From Nitrospirota bacterium (GTDB lineage Bacteria > Nitrospirota > UBA9217): a stretch of DNA of 64,000 nt. Where the stretch lies: positions 896,001 through 960,000 of the forward strand of contig CAWFSF010000006.1 of the NCBI GenBank assembly GCA_963818475.1. The letters run 5' to 3'. This document shows positions 31,524 to 41,894 of the stretch, piece after piece (position 1 is the stretch's first letter; the number at the start of each line of letters is the position of its first letter). A program made the translations under genes and the position numbers. The notes under the pieces are model-generated. The model saw nothing but the letters and a program-made list of their open reading frames with translations. It made no database searches and was not told the DNA's origin.

Positions 31524-32636
31524 ATGCGAAAAAGTATTGAACGCATAAAACAGATGGTGATCAAGGAATTCATCCAGATATTCCGGGACAAGAGGATGAA
31601 GGCCATCGTCTTCTTCGTCCCCATCATGCAGACGCTTGTGTTCGGCTATGCGGTGACCACTGACGTGAATAATGTCCCGACCGCTGTCTACGACCTTGAT
31701 CAGTCATCGGAAAGCCGCGAACTCATCAGACGGTTTTCCGCTTCCGGTTATTTCAATATTCAAATAAGCGCCGATTCCACTTCTCAATTGCAGGACGCGC
31801 TCGACCGCGGCACCGTCATCCTGGCCCTCCAGATCAACAGGGGCTTCTCATCAGATCTGAAGAAACGCGGACCTGCGGCCATCCAGGTCCTGGTGGACGG
31901 GACCGATTCAAACACCGCCATGGTTGCCGTGGATTACGTCAACCGGATCGTTCAGAAATACGGGCGGGACCTGTCCGTCGCAACCGTTCCCCAGCGGCTT
32001 GATGTGCGATCCCGGGCATGGTACAACCCTGAGCTCAAAAGCAAGAACTACAACGTACCCGGCGTCATAGCCATGGTGATCATGCTCACTTCGCTGCTCC
32101 TCACCTCCATGGCCATCGTGCGGGAGCGCGAGATCGGGACCATGGAACAGCTCATGGTCACGCCGCTCCGGCCCGCTGAACTGATCCTGGGGAAGACGAT
32201 CCCTTTTGCCTTGATCGCGATCTTCGATGTCGTCCTGGTCACCGTCATCGCATCGTTGACCTTCCATATTCCGATCAGAGGTTCGCTGCTTCTGCTCCTG
32301 CTTTGCACCGTTATCTATCTTTTGTCCGTACTCGGGATCGGTCTTTTCATTTCCACCATCGCAAAAACACTTCAACAGGCCATGATGGCCACGTTTCTCT
32401 ATTACATGCCCGCGGTGCTCCTGTCGGGGTTCATGTTCCCCATTGAGAACATGCCGCCGGTTTTTCAGTATGTAACCTATGTGAACCCGCTCAGGTATTT
32501 TCTGGTCATCATCCGCGGGATCTTCCTGAAAGGGAATGGCATCATCAGTCTCTGGCCGCAGATGGCGGGCCTCCTCGTGCTCGGCATTGTGATGATCACG
32601 GTCAGTTCGCTCCGTTTCCGGAAACGGTTGGGATAA
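31524..32636 (+). CDS. ABC-2 permease (YbhR-like)
   Basis: KEFIQIFRD, WYNPELKS, VREREIGTMEQLMVTP, LLSGFMFPI. Confidence 0.92.
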   Translation: MRKSIERIKQMVIKEFIQIFRDKRMKAIVFFVPIMQTLVFGYAVTTDVNNVPTAVYDLDQSSESRELIRRFSASGYFNIQISADSTSQLQDALDRGTVILALQINRGFSSDLKKRGPAAIQVLVDGTDSNTAMVAVDYVNRIVQKYGRDLSVATVPQRLDVRSRAWYNPELKSKNYNVPGVIAMVIMLTSLLLTSMAIVREREIGTMEQLMVTPLRPAELILGKTIPFALIAIFDVVLVTVIASLTFHIPIRGSLLLLLLCTVIYLLSVLGIGLFISTIAKTLQQAMMATFLYYMPAVLLSGFMFPIENMPPVFQYVTYVNPLRYFLVIIRGIFLKGNGIISLWPQMAGLLVLGIVMITVSSLRFRKRLG

Positions 32637-32811
32637 GATAGTTCAACCCGTACCCGATGCCCCCCCCTTTATCTGTGTTATATTTTAAACATTCGTTCAG
32701 TATTTGCATGCTGATCATTATTGTGAAAAGCTCTATGAATAAATTATGAATTTATTATAGAATGAATAAATTATACACACAAAGTTGCTAAGATAAACAA
32801 GGAGGTGCGGA

Positions 32812-33513
32812 ATGACAAAGAAAACAGCATTCTGGATTTTTTTTATCGGAACGGTTTCCTCGGCAGTTATATTCTTGTGGCTGACCTGGGACACCCATCG
32901 CCAGGTCGAGGCGCTGTCCCACGTTGACAAACTTTCGGACAAAGTCGTCGAAGGGAAAAGAACGTTCGAAAAGTACAACTGCAATGACTGCCATACGATC
33001 CTGGGGTTCGGCGCATATTACGCGCCGGATCTCACCAAGGTCGTCCAGCGCATCGGCGAGGAAGGCATTCGTTTCCGGGTTAAAGAGCCAGCCAAGGCCC
33101 TGGCCTCCTCGTGGCGAAAGATGCCGGATCTGAAGGTCTCGGATGCCGAGATCGACAGCCTCGTCGCATTCTTCACCTGGGTCGGGAACATCGAGAATGG
33201 GGACTGGCCTCCGCAGGACAGCAAAAAGCGCCTCTCCCGCAGCGAAGAGCGGATGGTCGCGGGCGTGGGAGTGTCGCCGGGCGCCGCGGTCTTTCAATCT
33301 CGAGGATGCATGAACTGTCATTCCCTGCACGGCACCGGCGGGACCTTTGGCCCGGCACTGGATACGATCGGTCGGAAACTGAACCTTGAGCAGATCGAAC
33401 ACTATATCCGGGACCCCAAGGCGGTGAACCCCCAAGCCATGATGCCGGCCCAGACAACGCTCTCCGAAAAAGAACTCGAAGAAGTCGCAGGGTTCCTGGC
33501 GAACTTAAAATAG
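32812..33513 (+). CDS. norC: Nitric oxide reductase subunit C with two heme-c motifs
   Basis: N-terminal TM, CNDCHTILGFGAYYAPDLTK, second CMNCH domain; directly upstream of norB. Confidence 0.85.
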   Translation: MTKKTAFWIFFIGTVSSAVIFLWLTWDTHRQVEALSHVDKLSDKVVEGKRTFEKYNCNDCHTILGFGAYYAPDLTKVVQRIGEEGIRFRVKEPAKALASSWRKMPDLKVSDAEIDSLVAFFTWVGNIENGDWPPQDSKKRLSRSEERMVAGVGVSPGAAVFQSRGCMNCHSLHGTGGTFGPALDTIGRKLNLEQIEHYIRDPKAVNPQAMMPAQTTLSEKELEEVAGFLANLK

Positions 33514-33519
33514 GAGGAT

Positions 33520-34854
33520 ATGATGGAATACCGTTCACAGAAAATAGCTTACTGGTATTTTGCCATTGCCCTGCTCCTGTTCACACTCCAGGTCGTCATG
33601 GGACTCTGGCTTGCATACAGCTACAGCTTTACCGTGCCGCAGTGGATCGTGGATAATTTCTCATTTGCCACAGCGCGCGCCATGCATACGAACCTTCTGG
33701 TGCTCTGGATGCTGCTCGGGTTCATGGGAGGCACGTATTACATCGTGCCCGAAGAGACGAAGAGCGAGATCTATTCAGCGAAGCTCGCCTGGTTCCAGCT
33801 GGTCGCCCTGGTCGCTACGGGAGTAGTTGCTCTCGTGGGTTTTGTATTCGGCTGGACGCAGGGCCGCCCGCTCCTGGAAATACCGACGTCCCTCGATCTT
33901 GTCGTGGTCGTGGGCGCACTCGTATTCCTGTTCAATGTCGGGATGACCATGTACCTGGCGAAACGCTGGACCGTGATCCAGGGCACGCTCCTCGGCGGTC
34001 TGCTCTTTCTGGCGCTCCTGTACCTCTTCGGAATACCGTTCTACCGGAACGAGGTGATCGACTGGTACTACTGGTGGTGGGTCATCCATCTCTGGGTGGA
34101 AGGCGCCTGGGAACTCGTAACCGCGGCCATTTTCGCGTTTGTGCTGATGAAGCTGACCGGAGTTGACCGGCAGGTAGTCGAGAAGTGGCTGTACGTCGAG
34201 ATCGGACTTTTTCTCTTTACCGGCATCGTCGGGACGGGCCATCACTACTACTGGATCGGCGCGCCCAAGTACTGGCTCTGGTTCGGCGGGATATTCTCGG
34301 CCCTTGAACCGCTTCCGATCCTGCTGATGCTCATCGACACCATGAACCACGTCAAGAAACGTGAGACGAAGATCGTCAATCCGCTCACCTGGACCATTGC
34401 GATCGGCTGCGCGGTGATGCACATGATCGGCGCAGGGATATGGGGCTTTATGCACACGCTGCCGCAGATCAACTACTATACTCACGGCTCGCAGGTCACG
34501 GTCTCACACGGACATCTGGCGTTCTTCGGGGCCTATGCGCTTCTGAATATCATGGTCTTCTATTACGCCATGCCGAAGATAAAGGGGATCGAGGTTTATG
34601 ATGATTCCCGCGGAAAAGTCGCTTTCTGGACCATGTCCACGGCGATGATGCTCATGGGGCTCTCGTTCGGCATCGCCGGCGTCGTGCAGTCCTATATCGA
34701 GCGGGTGCTCGGCATGGGATATATGGTCGCACAGTCCTACATGCGGCTCTGGCTGGGCGTAACATTCTTCCTGGGTATCTGTTTCTTTATCGGGGTCCTG
34801 ATCATGGTCACCGACCTGCTGACCCTCAGGCCAGCCAGGAAAACATCAGGATAA
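33520..34854 (+). CDS. norB: Nitric oxide reductase large subunit (cNOR)
   Basis: ARAMHTN, WWWVIHLWVEGAWE, GTGHHYYW, FSALEPLP, HGHLAFFGAY. Confidence 0.93.
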   Translation: MMEYRSQKIAYWYFAIALLLFTLQVVMGLWLAYSYSFTVPQWIVDNFSFATARAMHTNLLVLWMLLGFMGGTYYIVPEETKSEIYSAKLAWFQLVALVATGVVALVGFVFGWTQGRPLLEIPTSLDLVVVVGALVFLFNVGMTMYLAKRWTVIQGTLLGGLLFLALLYLFGIPFYRNEVIDWYYWWWVIHLWVEGAWELVTAAIFAFVLMKLTGVDRQVVEKWLYVEIGLFLFTGIVGTGHHYYWIGAPKYWLWFGGIFSALEPLPILLMLIDTMNHVKKRETKIVNPLTWTIAIGCAVMHMIGAGIWGFMHTLPQINYYTHGSQVTVSHGHLAFFGAYALLNIMVFYYAMPKIKGIEVYDDSRGKVAFWTMSTAMMLMGLSFGIAGVVQSYIERVLGMGYMVAQSYMRLWLGVTFFLGICFFIGVLIMVTDLLTLRPARKTSG

Positions 34855-34863
34855 AGAGTTCTT

Positions 34864-35052
34864 ATGATGAAACAACCCGTTGTGAATCAGGATCTGTGCA
34901 TCGGCTGCGGACACTGTGCCGAGGTCTGTCCGAAGGTTTTTGAGCTGGCGGACGAAAAATCAATGGTGGTAGGACCTGACAATTGCGATACCTGCAACTG
35001 TCAGGAGGCCATCGATACCTGCCCGGTGCAGGCGATCAGCTGGAGCGAGTGA
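34864..35052 (+). CDS. Single-cluster ferredoxin (copy 1)
   Basis: CIGCGHCAEVCP...AIDTCPVQAI. Confidence 0.9.
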   Translation: MMKQPVVNQDLCIGCGHCAEVCPKVFELADEKSMVVGPDNCDTCNCQEAIDTCPVQAISWSE

Positions 35053-35098
35053 GCTTTTCCGTAGGAATAAAAAAGAGAATGAAGAAGGATGTGCAGAA

Positions 35099-35567
35099 AT
35101 GGAAATGAGCGTCCCCGGACCGTTGAAGGAGGAGCATGACGAACTTCATGCAGAGCTAGTTGCTGCTACCAAAGCTGGTGGAAAAGTGAGCGAAGCAGCC
35201 CGTGCCGTTGCAAAGTCACTGCATCCCCACTTCGTCAAGGAAGAGGAATATGCGCTGCCTCCGCTCGGGCCTGCTGATGATGCTGGCAGATGGCGGGACG
35301 CCCGCGGATATCCCTGCCGTCATTGCCATGACCGACAAACTGAAGAATGATCTTGCTCATATGCTCCATGAGCACAAGGTCATCGTCGGAGAACTTCACA
35401 AGCTCATGGAGGCTGCAAAAATCGAAAAAAGACCTGAATTTTTCCATTTCGCGGAAAAACTGAAGCTGCACGCGCAGACCGAGGAAGAAGTTCTTTATCC
35501 AGCCGCTATTATGATCGGAGAGTATCTGAAACTCAAACTTAAAGAACAAAAAAGGAGCTCATCATGA
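35099..35567 (+). CDS. Hemerythrin/HHE-domain protein, apparent +1 frameshift at ~35268
   Basis: EEHDELH, HFVKEEEYALP, EHKVI, HAQTEEEVLYP split over two frames. Confidence 0.8.
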
Positions 35568-36202
35568 AAACGTGGAAGACCGTGGCGAGAGTGGCATGTA
35601 CGGTTGTTTTATCGTCGGGTCTCTGGCTGACCATTCCCGGCGTCGCATCGGCACATTGCGATACCCTCGATGGCCCGGTTGTTATGACTGCCAAAGCGGC
35701 ACTCGAAAAAGGCGATGTCACGCCGGTCCTGAAATGGGTAAAAAAAGATGACGAAAAAGAAATACGGGATCTATTTCAGAAAACGATAGTAGTCAGAGGC
35801 AAGGGGAAAGAGGCAAAGGAACTTGCGGACAGGTTCTTCTTTGAGACGCTTGTCAGGATCCACAGGGCTGGAGAAGGCGCCCCGTACACGGGATTAAAAA
35901 GCGAGCCTGCTGAACCCATTATTACCGCTGCGGACAAAGCGCTGGAGAACGGCTCAGCGGACGATCTCGTAAAACAAGTAACCGATGCCGTGGCCAGAGG
36001 GATTCGCGAGCGCTTTGAGCATGCTAAAGCAACGAAAGTCAATGCCGATAAAAATGTCGAGGCGGGTCGGGAGTTCGTTGAGGCCTATGTGGTTTTTACC
36101 CACTATGTGGAACGGTTGCACGAGGATGCCTTGGCCGGTGGCGCCCACCACAGCATGAAGAGTGTGACGAAGGCTGAAGGTATGGAAGGCCATCAGCATT
36201 GA
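35564..36202 (+). CDS. Secreted conserved protein (DUF6448-like)
   Basis: Signal peptide then AHCDTLDGPVV, FFETLVRIHRAGEGAPYTGLK; His-rich C-terminus. Confidence 0.75.
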   Translation: MKTWKTVARVACTVVLSSGLWLTIPGVASAHCDTLDGPVVMTAKAALEKGDVTPVLKWVKKDDEKEIRDLFQKTIVVRGKGKEAKELADRFFFETLVRIHRAGEGAPYTGLKSEPAEPIITAADKALENGSADDLVKQVTDAVARGIRERFEHAKATKVNADKNVEAGREFVEAYVVFTHYVERLHEDALAGGAHHSMKSVTKAEGMEGHQH

Positions 36203-36261
36203 TCAGCGCTTAGCAATGCAGATCGTGTTTACAGCAACGTGATCAACTGTCACAAGATGAA

Positions 36262-36291
36262 GCTCCTGGTTATTGCAGGGGCATTTTTTTT
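36262..36291 (+). terminator. Rho-independent terminator after the nor-linked operon
   Basis: GCTCCTG-loop-CAGGGGC followed by a T-run. Confidence 0.6.
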
Positions 36292-36628
36292 GCTTACCCG
36301 AATTTTAAAGTGCACTGCTAATTTCCTGGTTATCATCAATGCCATCTTCTATATGCTATACGGAAAACGGTATTGCTCTTCGCTGGCCGTAGAGAGCTCA
36401 AGTCCTTTTTCCTGGTGTTAAGGTCCTGACGCTCGGTTCTCTGAAATTCAAAAAACGGTTTGACTGGAAGGGCATGCATGCATAAGCCTTTTTTATGACA
36501 GGATGTGCTATAGTTGACCAATAAAGCTCAGGACTCAACGCTCCAAAAACGTGGCAGGACGCTATTATTCAATCTTTTCGAGCAGATAGGCCGGGGGAAG
36601 TATCTGTCTACCGAACTGAAAAAATCCC

Positions 36629-39082
36629 GTGAAAATACGTTCAATCATAATCATATTTGCAGCTCTCGCATTCCTCACCTCAGCTGTGGGGGGCTCTCTG
36701 TACTATTTTTCGATGAAAAAGAGCGCTGTCGCGGAACTGCACAAAGAAACGGCCGATACACTGGACGATATGGCCGGACGCATTTCCCTCTACTTCGAGT
36801 ATTATCAAAAAATCGCCGCCTCATTGTCGGGACTGAAAGAAATACGGCGGGCTCTTGTGATAAAGCGGGGGAGCACCTTGAGCGAGGCAAATGCGATTTT
36901 GTCCCAATTTCAAAAGAACATCGGCGTTGAGGTCTGCTATCTCATTGATCGTTCCGGAACGACCATCGCTTCTTCGAACGACGATACACGTGAAAATATT
37001 ATAGGAAAGAACTACGCCTTCCGGCCATATTTTACCAGCGCGCTTGCGGGAGATCCAACCGTTTATATGGCTCTTGGCGTGACCTCGGGAAAGCGGGGCG
37101 TGTATTACAGCCACCCTATACACGACGAGAGCCGCTCAAAGGTGATCGGCGTGATCGTTTTGCAAGCATCCGTTGATTATCTGGAACAGGAGCTGAAAAG
37201 ACAATTTGACGGCGTGATGGCCATTACCAATGCACAGGGCGTCATTTTCGCGTCCAGTCGAGAAGGCTGGCTGTTGCATACCCTCTGGAAAGAGGCCCCT
37301 GACGTGCTGTCTGAGATCGCATCGACCCGTCAGTTTGGGAGCGCTGCCCTGAACTGGACAGGACTGGAAAAGATCGATCAAGGGCATGCTCGTGATGATG
37401 CAGGCCACCGCTACCTGATCCACGAGGCAGCGATCCCGAGCTGTCCGGGCTGGAAGGTGCTGTTTCTGCATGACCTGGGCATCATATCGAGCAAGGTATC
37501 GGGCGTGATGCTCAGGCAAACCGGTTTCATCATCATACTGATCTGCCTCGGCATCGGCGTGGTGAGCCTCGTGCTGTACCGTAAAGCGAACAGCGAGATC
37601 CTGAAACGAAAAAAAATGGGCGAGGAGATCAAGAACATAAATACCACCCTGCAGGCCATGATCAAGGCATCGCCGCTGCCGATCGTGGGTGTTGATGCCG
37701 CCGGCGCCACCGTGTTGTGGAACCCGGCTGCGGAGAGGGTCTTCGGCTGGTCCGAGCAGGAAGTACTTGGACGGCCGCCGCTCATCGTTCCCCGGTACCT
37801 TCAGCAGGAGCATATCTCTATCCGGAACAGGATCATCGACGCTGACACGATAACGGGAGTGGAAACGCGGCGTATGAAAAAGGACGGCACACTGATCGAT
37901 GTTACGGTCTCGTCAGCGAACATCCATGATGACCGGGGAACAAGCGTGGCAGCCATGGGGATCTACGAGGATATCACGGAGAGCAAGAAGGCCGAGGATG
38001 AGGTCCGGTTCCTTGCCGCGATCATCCAGGACCTGCCTGATGCAGTATGCGCCATTGATACCGCCGGCAGAGTGGTAACCTGGAACAACGGCGCAAGCAG
38101 AATGCTGGGGTACCGCCCGGATGAGATGATCGGCAAACCCATAACGACCGTTATCCCCGAGGACATAGCGCAACAGGAATTCGACCACTGTTTGACGCTC
38201 TTGAATAAGGATGGTTTCTTTTCCAAATACGAATCGGTCAGACTGGCCAGGGACGGCAGGATGGTACCGGTGGAACTCACCGCTGTTGCGATAAAGGACC
38301 GGACGCAGACGATCACCAACTATGCCTCGATCATGATAGACCTGAGCGACCGCAAAAAAGCTGAAGAGGAGCGGCTGAAAGTTCACGTGCTGGAGTCGAT
38401 CGGATTCCTGGCAGCAGGGATCGCCCACGACTTTAATAATCTGCTCAGCATCATTCTGGGAAACATTCATATCGCCAAAATGTCGCTGCCGTCGGACGAG
38501 AAGGCCTATAGCAGGCTTACCGATGCCGAAGGCGTCATTGACCTCGCCAGCGAGCTGAGCAGGCAACTGCTCACCTTTGCCACCGGCGGCGATCCCCGCA
38601 GAATGCTGATGCCGCTGTCGGGCTTGTTTGCCGATACGGTCACGGCGCTGTTGAAGGGCTCGACGATCCAGGCGGTATTTGACCTGCCGGATGACCTCGC
38701 CGATGTTTCTATCGATGAAGGACAGATGAAGCAGGTGATCAACAACCTGGTGATCAACGCGACAGAGGCGATGCCGAAAGGCGGTGCGCTCACGGTCCGG
38801 GGAAGAAATATCGAGGTATCTTCACAGGACAGCCTACCGATGCGCGAAGGTCGCTACCTGCAGCTGTCGATCAGCGATACCGGCGCCGGAATCCCGGCTG
38901 AAAACCTGGCCAGGATCTTCGACCCCTATTTTTCCACGAAGAACACCTACAACCAGAAGGGCCTGGGGCTCGGCCTTGCCGTGTGTTATTCGGTCATCAA
39001 AAAGCATGACGGCCTTCTTACCGTCGAATCGGAGGTCGGCAGGGGTACGACCTATCATATCTATCTTCCCGTCACCTCCTGA
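36629..39082 (+). CDS. Sensor histidine kinase (dCache, 2 PAS, HisKA, HATPase)
   Basis: Two TM helices, YAFRPYF, PAS (WNPAAERVFGW; WNNGASRMLGY), GIAHDFNNLL, GLGLAVC. Confidence 0.93.
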   Translation: MKIRSIIIIFAALAFLTSAVGGSLYYFSMKKSAVAELHKETADTLDDMAGRISLYFEYYQKIAASLSGLKEIRRALVIKRGSTLSEANAILSQFQKNIGVEVCYLIDRSGTTIASSNDDTRENIIGKNYAFRPYFTSALAGDPTVYMALGVTSGKRGVYYSHPIHDESRSKVIGVIVLQASVDYLEQELKRQFDGVMAITNAQGVIFASSREGWLLHTLWKEAPDVLSEIASTRQFGSAALNWTGLEKIDQGHARDDAGHRYLIHEAAIPSCPGWKVLFLHDLGIISSKVSGVMLRQTGFIIILICLGIGVVSLVLYRKANSEILKRKKMGEEIKNINTTLQAMIKASPLPIVGVDAAGATVLWNPAAERVFGWSEQEVLGRPPLIVPRYLQQEHISIRNRIIDADTITGVETRRMKKDGTLIDVTVSSANIHDDRGTSVAAMGIYEDITESKKAEDEVRFLAAIIQDLPDAVCAIDTAGRVVTWNNGASRMLGYRPDEMIGKPITTVIPEDIAQQEFDHCLTLLNKDGFFSKYESVRLARDGRMVPVELTAVAIKDRTQTITNYASIMIDLSDRKKAEEERLKVHVLESIGFLAAGIAHDFNNLLSIILGNIHIAKMSLPSDEKAYSRLTDAEGVIDLASELSRQLLTFATGGDPRRMLMPLSGLFADTVTALLKGSTIQAVFDLPDDLADVSIDEGQMKQVINNLVINATEAMPKGGALTVRGRNIEVSSQDSLPMREGRYLQLSISDTGAGIPAENLARIFDPYFSTKNTYNQKGLGLGLAVCYSVIKKHDGLLTVESEVGRGTTYHIYLPVTS

Positions 39083-39124
39083 TCCTGATGGAGCTGCTGC
39101 GCAATCGGAAAAAAGGAGATATTC

Positions 39125-39313
39125 ATGAAAAAACCGATGATAGATGCCGATGTTTGTATCGGATGCGGTCATTGTGCAGAGGTCTGTCCACAGGTGTTCG
39201 AACTGGGGGATGATGAAAAATCAACCGTGATCGGACCCGATCAGTGTGGATCCTGCAACTGCCAGGAGGCGATCGATACCTGCCCGGTCCAGGCCATCAG
39301 CTGGAGCGGTTAG
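39125..39313 (+). CDS. Single-cluster ferredoxin (copy 2)
   Basis: CIGCGHCAEVCP...CQEAIDTCPVQAISWS. Confidence 0.9.
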   Translation: MKKPMIDADVCIGCGHCAEVCPQVFELGDDEKSTVIGPDQCGSCNCQEAIDTCPVQAISWSG

Positions 39314-39344
39314 AGGAAAACCTGAATCGTGACTGGTTTGTCCG

Positions 39345-39377
39345 GGGGTGCAGAAACAGCGCACTCCCTTTTTATTT
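39345..39377 (+). terminator. Rho-independent terminator
   Basis: GGGGTGC-loop-GCACTCC followed by a T-rich tract. Confidence 0.55.
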
Positions 39378-39539
39378 GCCGTTTCGGCACAATTACGCCC
39401 GGAGCGTGATCACCACAATATATTTTCTTGCCATTTATAATCTCCTGTAGTAACTTCATACAGGCTCAGCGCATACTATCGATGCCGGTTATGCCTATGC
39501 ACGCTGTACTTTAAAATCTGAACCCTGACTGGTGCTGCC

Positions 39540-40361
39540 ATGTGTGACCTCTGTACAAAACACGGTGAAGGAAAGATCTGGTACAAAAATGCCAGGAACT
39601 ACGCTCAGGACCTCCTGTCCGACCTTGAACGGCGCCGGTATATCGAGAATTTCCTGTCCTCGGCATTCAGTGAAGGGTTCCAGACCCTGGGGCGGCTCGA
39701 AACCATTTACCGGAAAAAAGGCAAGCTCCCCGAAGCGGTAAAGACCGCCATGGTCACCAAGGCAAAAGCCGAGCATTACGGCCAGGTTCTGCCCATCGAA
39801 GAGATCAGCGACGTGGTGCGCCAGGCCAAAACCGTGGTGCGCATGCCCTGTGCCTGCCGGTGGAACATCGAGAAAAAAGAAGAGCGTTGCTGTTACGCGG
39901 TCAGCTACGGTCCCGAGGCCTGGTACCAGGGCATCGATATGGGCTATTTCGGCAAAGCCTCCGATGAGGGGCTGGAATCCCTCTCTCCTGATGACGCCAT
40001 CGAACAGATGACGGCCATGGAGGCAGGGGGCTCGGTCCATACGATCTGGACCATGATGACGCCCTTCATCGGCGCGATCTGCAACTGTTCTCCCGACGAC
40101 TGTCTTGCCATGAGGACGCTTTCCCGCACCAGCGTGGAGACCATGGAGCGGGCTGAGTATGTGGCGCGGGTGGACGAAACGCTCTGCAGCGGCTGCGGGC
40201 TCTGCGCTGATCGATGTCATTTTCTTGCCATTGACAGCCACCGTCATAGCGGTGCGTCCCATGCCCACATCGATCCGCACAAGTGCTTTGGCTGCGGCTT
40301 ATGCCGCGGGGCGTGCAGCACCGGGGCGATCTCGCTGGTGTTGCGGCAGGGTAGCGTTTGA
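39540..40361 (+). CDS. 4Fe-4S dicluster domain protein
   Basis: MCDLCTKHGEG, CACR, ICNC, CSGCGLCADRC, CFGCGLCRGAC. Confidence 0.85.
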   Translation: MCDLCTKHGEGKIWYKNARNYAQDLLSDLERRRYIENFLSSAFSEGFQTLGRLETIYRKKGKLPEAVKTAMVTKAKAEHYGQVLPIEEISDVVRQAKTVVRMPCACRWNIEKKEERCCYAVSYGPEAWYQGIDMGYFGKASDEGLESLSPDDAIEQMTAMEAGGSVHTIWTMMTPFIGAICNCSPDDCLAMRTLSRTSVETMERAEYVARVDETLCSGCGLCADRCHFLAIDSHRHSGASHAHIDPHKCFGCGLCRGACSTGAISLVLRQGSV

Positions 40362-40385
40362 ACGTATACAGAAAGGTCCCTGGCA

Positions 40386-40895
40386 ATGCGGAGCATGACG
40401 ACGATGCAGGCCTGTATGTGGTGCTCACAGAATATCGGTACAGCAGAAAACAGGGTTGAAAGCCTTCTGTGCGGCTGCTGTATGGAGCATTTCTCACTAC
40501 CGCCCGGCGGGCCGATCCAGAAACACCTCGACGATTTATTATTCCCGGTCCTCGGTGTCGAACTGTATGCCGGAAAACATATGATAACCAGGGTCGTGAA
40601 CAGTAGCGCCTGTGCCTGGCTGAACAAGGATCCGGTGGAGATAATTCGGCATCTTACCGGCAATGTCATTGAGTGCGTCCATGCCCGCCTTCCTGAGGGA
40701 TGCGGAGGCGCTCTGCCGTGCAATGCCTGCGAAGTCTTGCGTTCAGTCGCCGGAACCGTTAAGACCGGCGAACCTGGGATCGCGGTCCCGGCGATGCTGC
40801 AGCGGGAAAATGCCGGTCATCCCATTGGAATGATGCTCAGGCTCACGACCATGAAGGCAGGCGGTCTGGTTCTGTTGCGGCTGGACACGCAGTGA
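40386..40895 (+). CDS. Cys-rich hypothetical protein
   Basis: CMWC, LCGCC, ECVHARLPEGCG, CNAC; in operon orientation. Confidence 0.65.
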   Translation: MRSMTTMQACMWCSQNIGTAENRVESLLCGCCMEHFSLPPGGPIQKHLDDLLFPVLGVELYAGKHMITRVVNSSACAWLNKDPVEIIRHLTGNVIECVHARLPEGCGGALPCNACEVLRSVAGTVKTGEPGIAVPAMLQRENAGHPIGMMLRLTTMKAGGLVLLRLDTQ

Positions 40896-40929
40896 TCCAT
40901 GAACTCCGCTCTGTTCGAGGTACTATCCT

Positions 40930-41334
40930 ATGACTATGACCCTTAAAGAATACTTCCAGAGTGTCAGCGGCACCGGCATCCTGTCGACGGCTGACAGCGC
41001 GGGCGCGGTCAATGCAGCGGTCTACTCCAAACCGCATGTGCTCGATGACAGGACCGTGGCCTTTGTCATGCGGCAGCGCCTGACGCACCACAACCTGCAG
41101 TCGAACCCCTTTGCCGCTTATCTTTTTCTTGAGAACGCCCCGGGACACCAGGGGCTGCGGCTCCATTTAAAAAAGCTGAGGGAAGAGACCGATCCCGCAG
41201 CTATCGAACCGTTCCGTATGCGGCACCTGTCCCCTGAAGAGGAACTGAAAAGAGGGCCCACTTACCTGGTCATGTTCACGGTAACAAAGGTTCTTCCGTT
41301 GAGCGGGAGTGGAGAGGCGAAGGCCGGATTGTGA
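40930..41334 (+). CDS. Pyridoxamine 5'-phosphate oxidase-like FMN-binding protein
   Basis: GILSTADSAGAVNAAVYSKPH, RLTHHNLQSNPFAAYLF. Confidence 0.8.
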   Translation: MTMTLKEYFQSVSGTGILSTADSAGAVNAAVYSKPHVLDDRTVAFVMRQRLTHHNLQSNPFAAYLFLENAPGHQGLRLHLKKLREETDPAAIEPFRMRHLSPEEELKRGPTYLVMFTVTKVLPLSGSGEAKAGL

Positions 41335-41351
41335 CTGTCGGGAGAGGCACC

Positions 41352-41816
41352 ATGAGGAGCACTATGCAGACAATGGGGAAAACAGGAGCAGTACTGATCA
41401 TGACGATCGTCGTGGCAGCGTGTCAGCAGACGCCGCCGCAGGTCAGCATCGAGGATGCGAAAGCGGAAATGTCGCCGGCCATCGTGGGCGAGGCCATCGT
41501 GTCCCTCAAGATCGTGAACCAGGGCGGCACTGACGTGTTGACGGGCGTGAGGACGGATCTTGCCGGAGCCACGGCGTCGTTTCATGCAATGCAGGGGCCG
41601 CGCATGGTGACCGTGGATACCATGCCTGTTCCTGCCCGGGAGACCCTGGACCTGAAACTGGGCGGTTCGCACATCATGATAGAGCATATGGCGAGGGCTG
41701 TGAAAGAGGGTTCTTTGCTCACGATCACCCTGGTCTTCAAAAAATCCGGCGAAAAACAGCTGCAGCTTACGCTCCAGAAAGCCCCGTCCCTGCGCATGAA
41801 CCAGAGCAGCCGCTAA
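41352..41816 (+). CDS. Copper chaperone PCu(A)C family lipoprotein
   Basis: Lipobox-like VAAC; H..M..GGSHIM copper motif. Confidence 0.8.
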   Translation: MRSTMQTMGKTGAVLIMTIVVAACQQTPPQVSIEDAKAEMSPAIVGEAIVSLKIVNQGGTDVLTGVRTDLAGATASFHAMQGPRMVTVDTMPVPARETLDLKLGGSHIMIEHMARAVKEGSLLTITLVFKKSGEKQLQLTLQKAPSLRMNQSSR

Positions 41817-41894
41817 CTGCCGGGGTTCACGTTGCGCAGTCTCGCAGCCGCATGCAAATTACCGAGCAAATCGTGGCAGGTTTATAACTCCTTT

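Noticed and set aside
32640-32811. FNR/DNR box upstream of norC
   Set aside because: The best match (TTGCATGCTGATCA) fits TTGAT-N4-ATCAA poorly.
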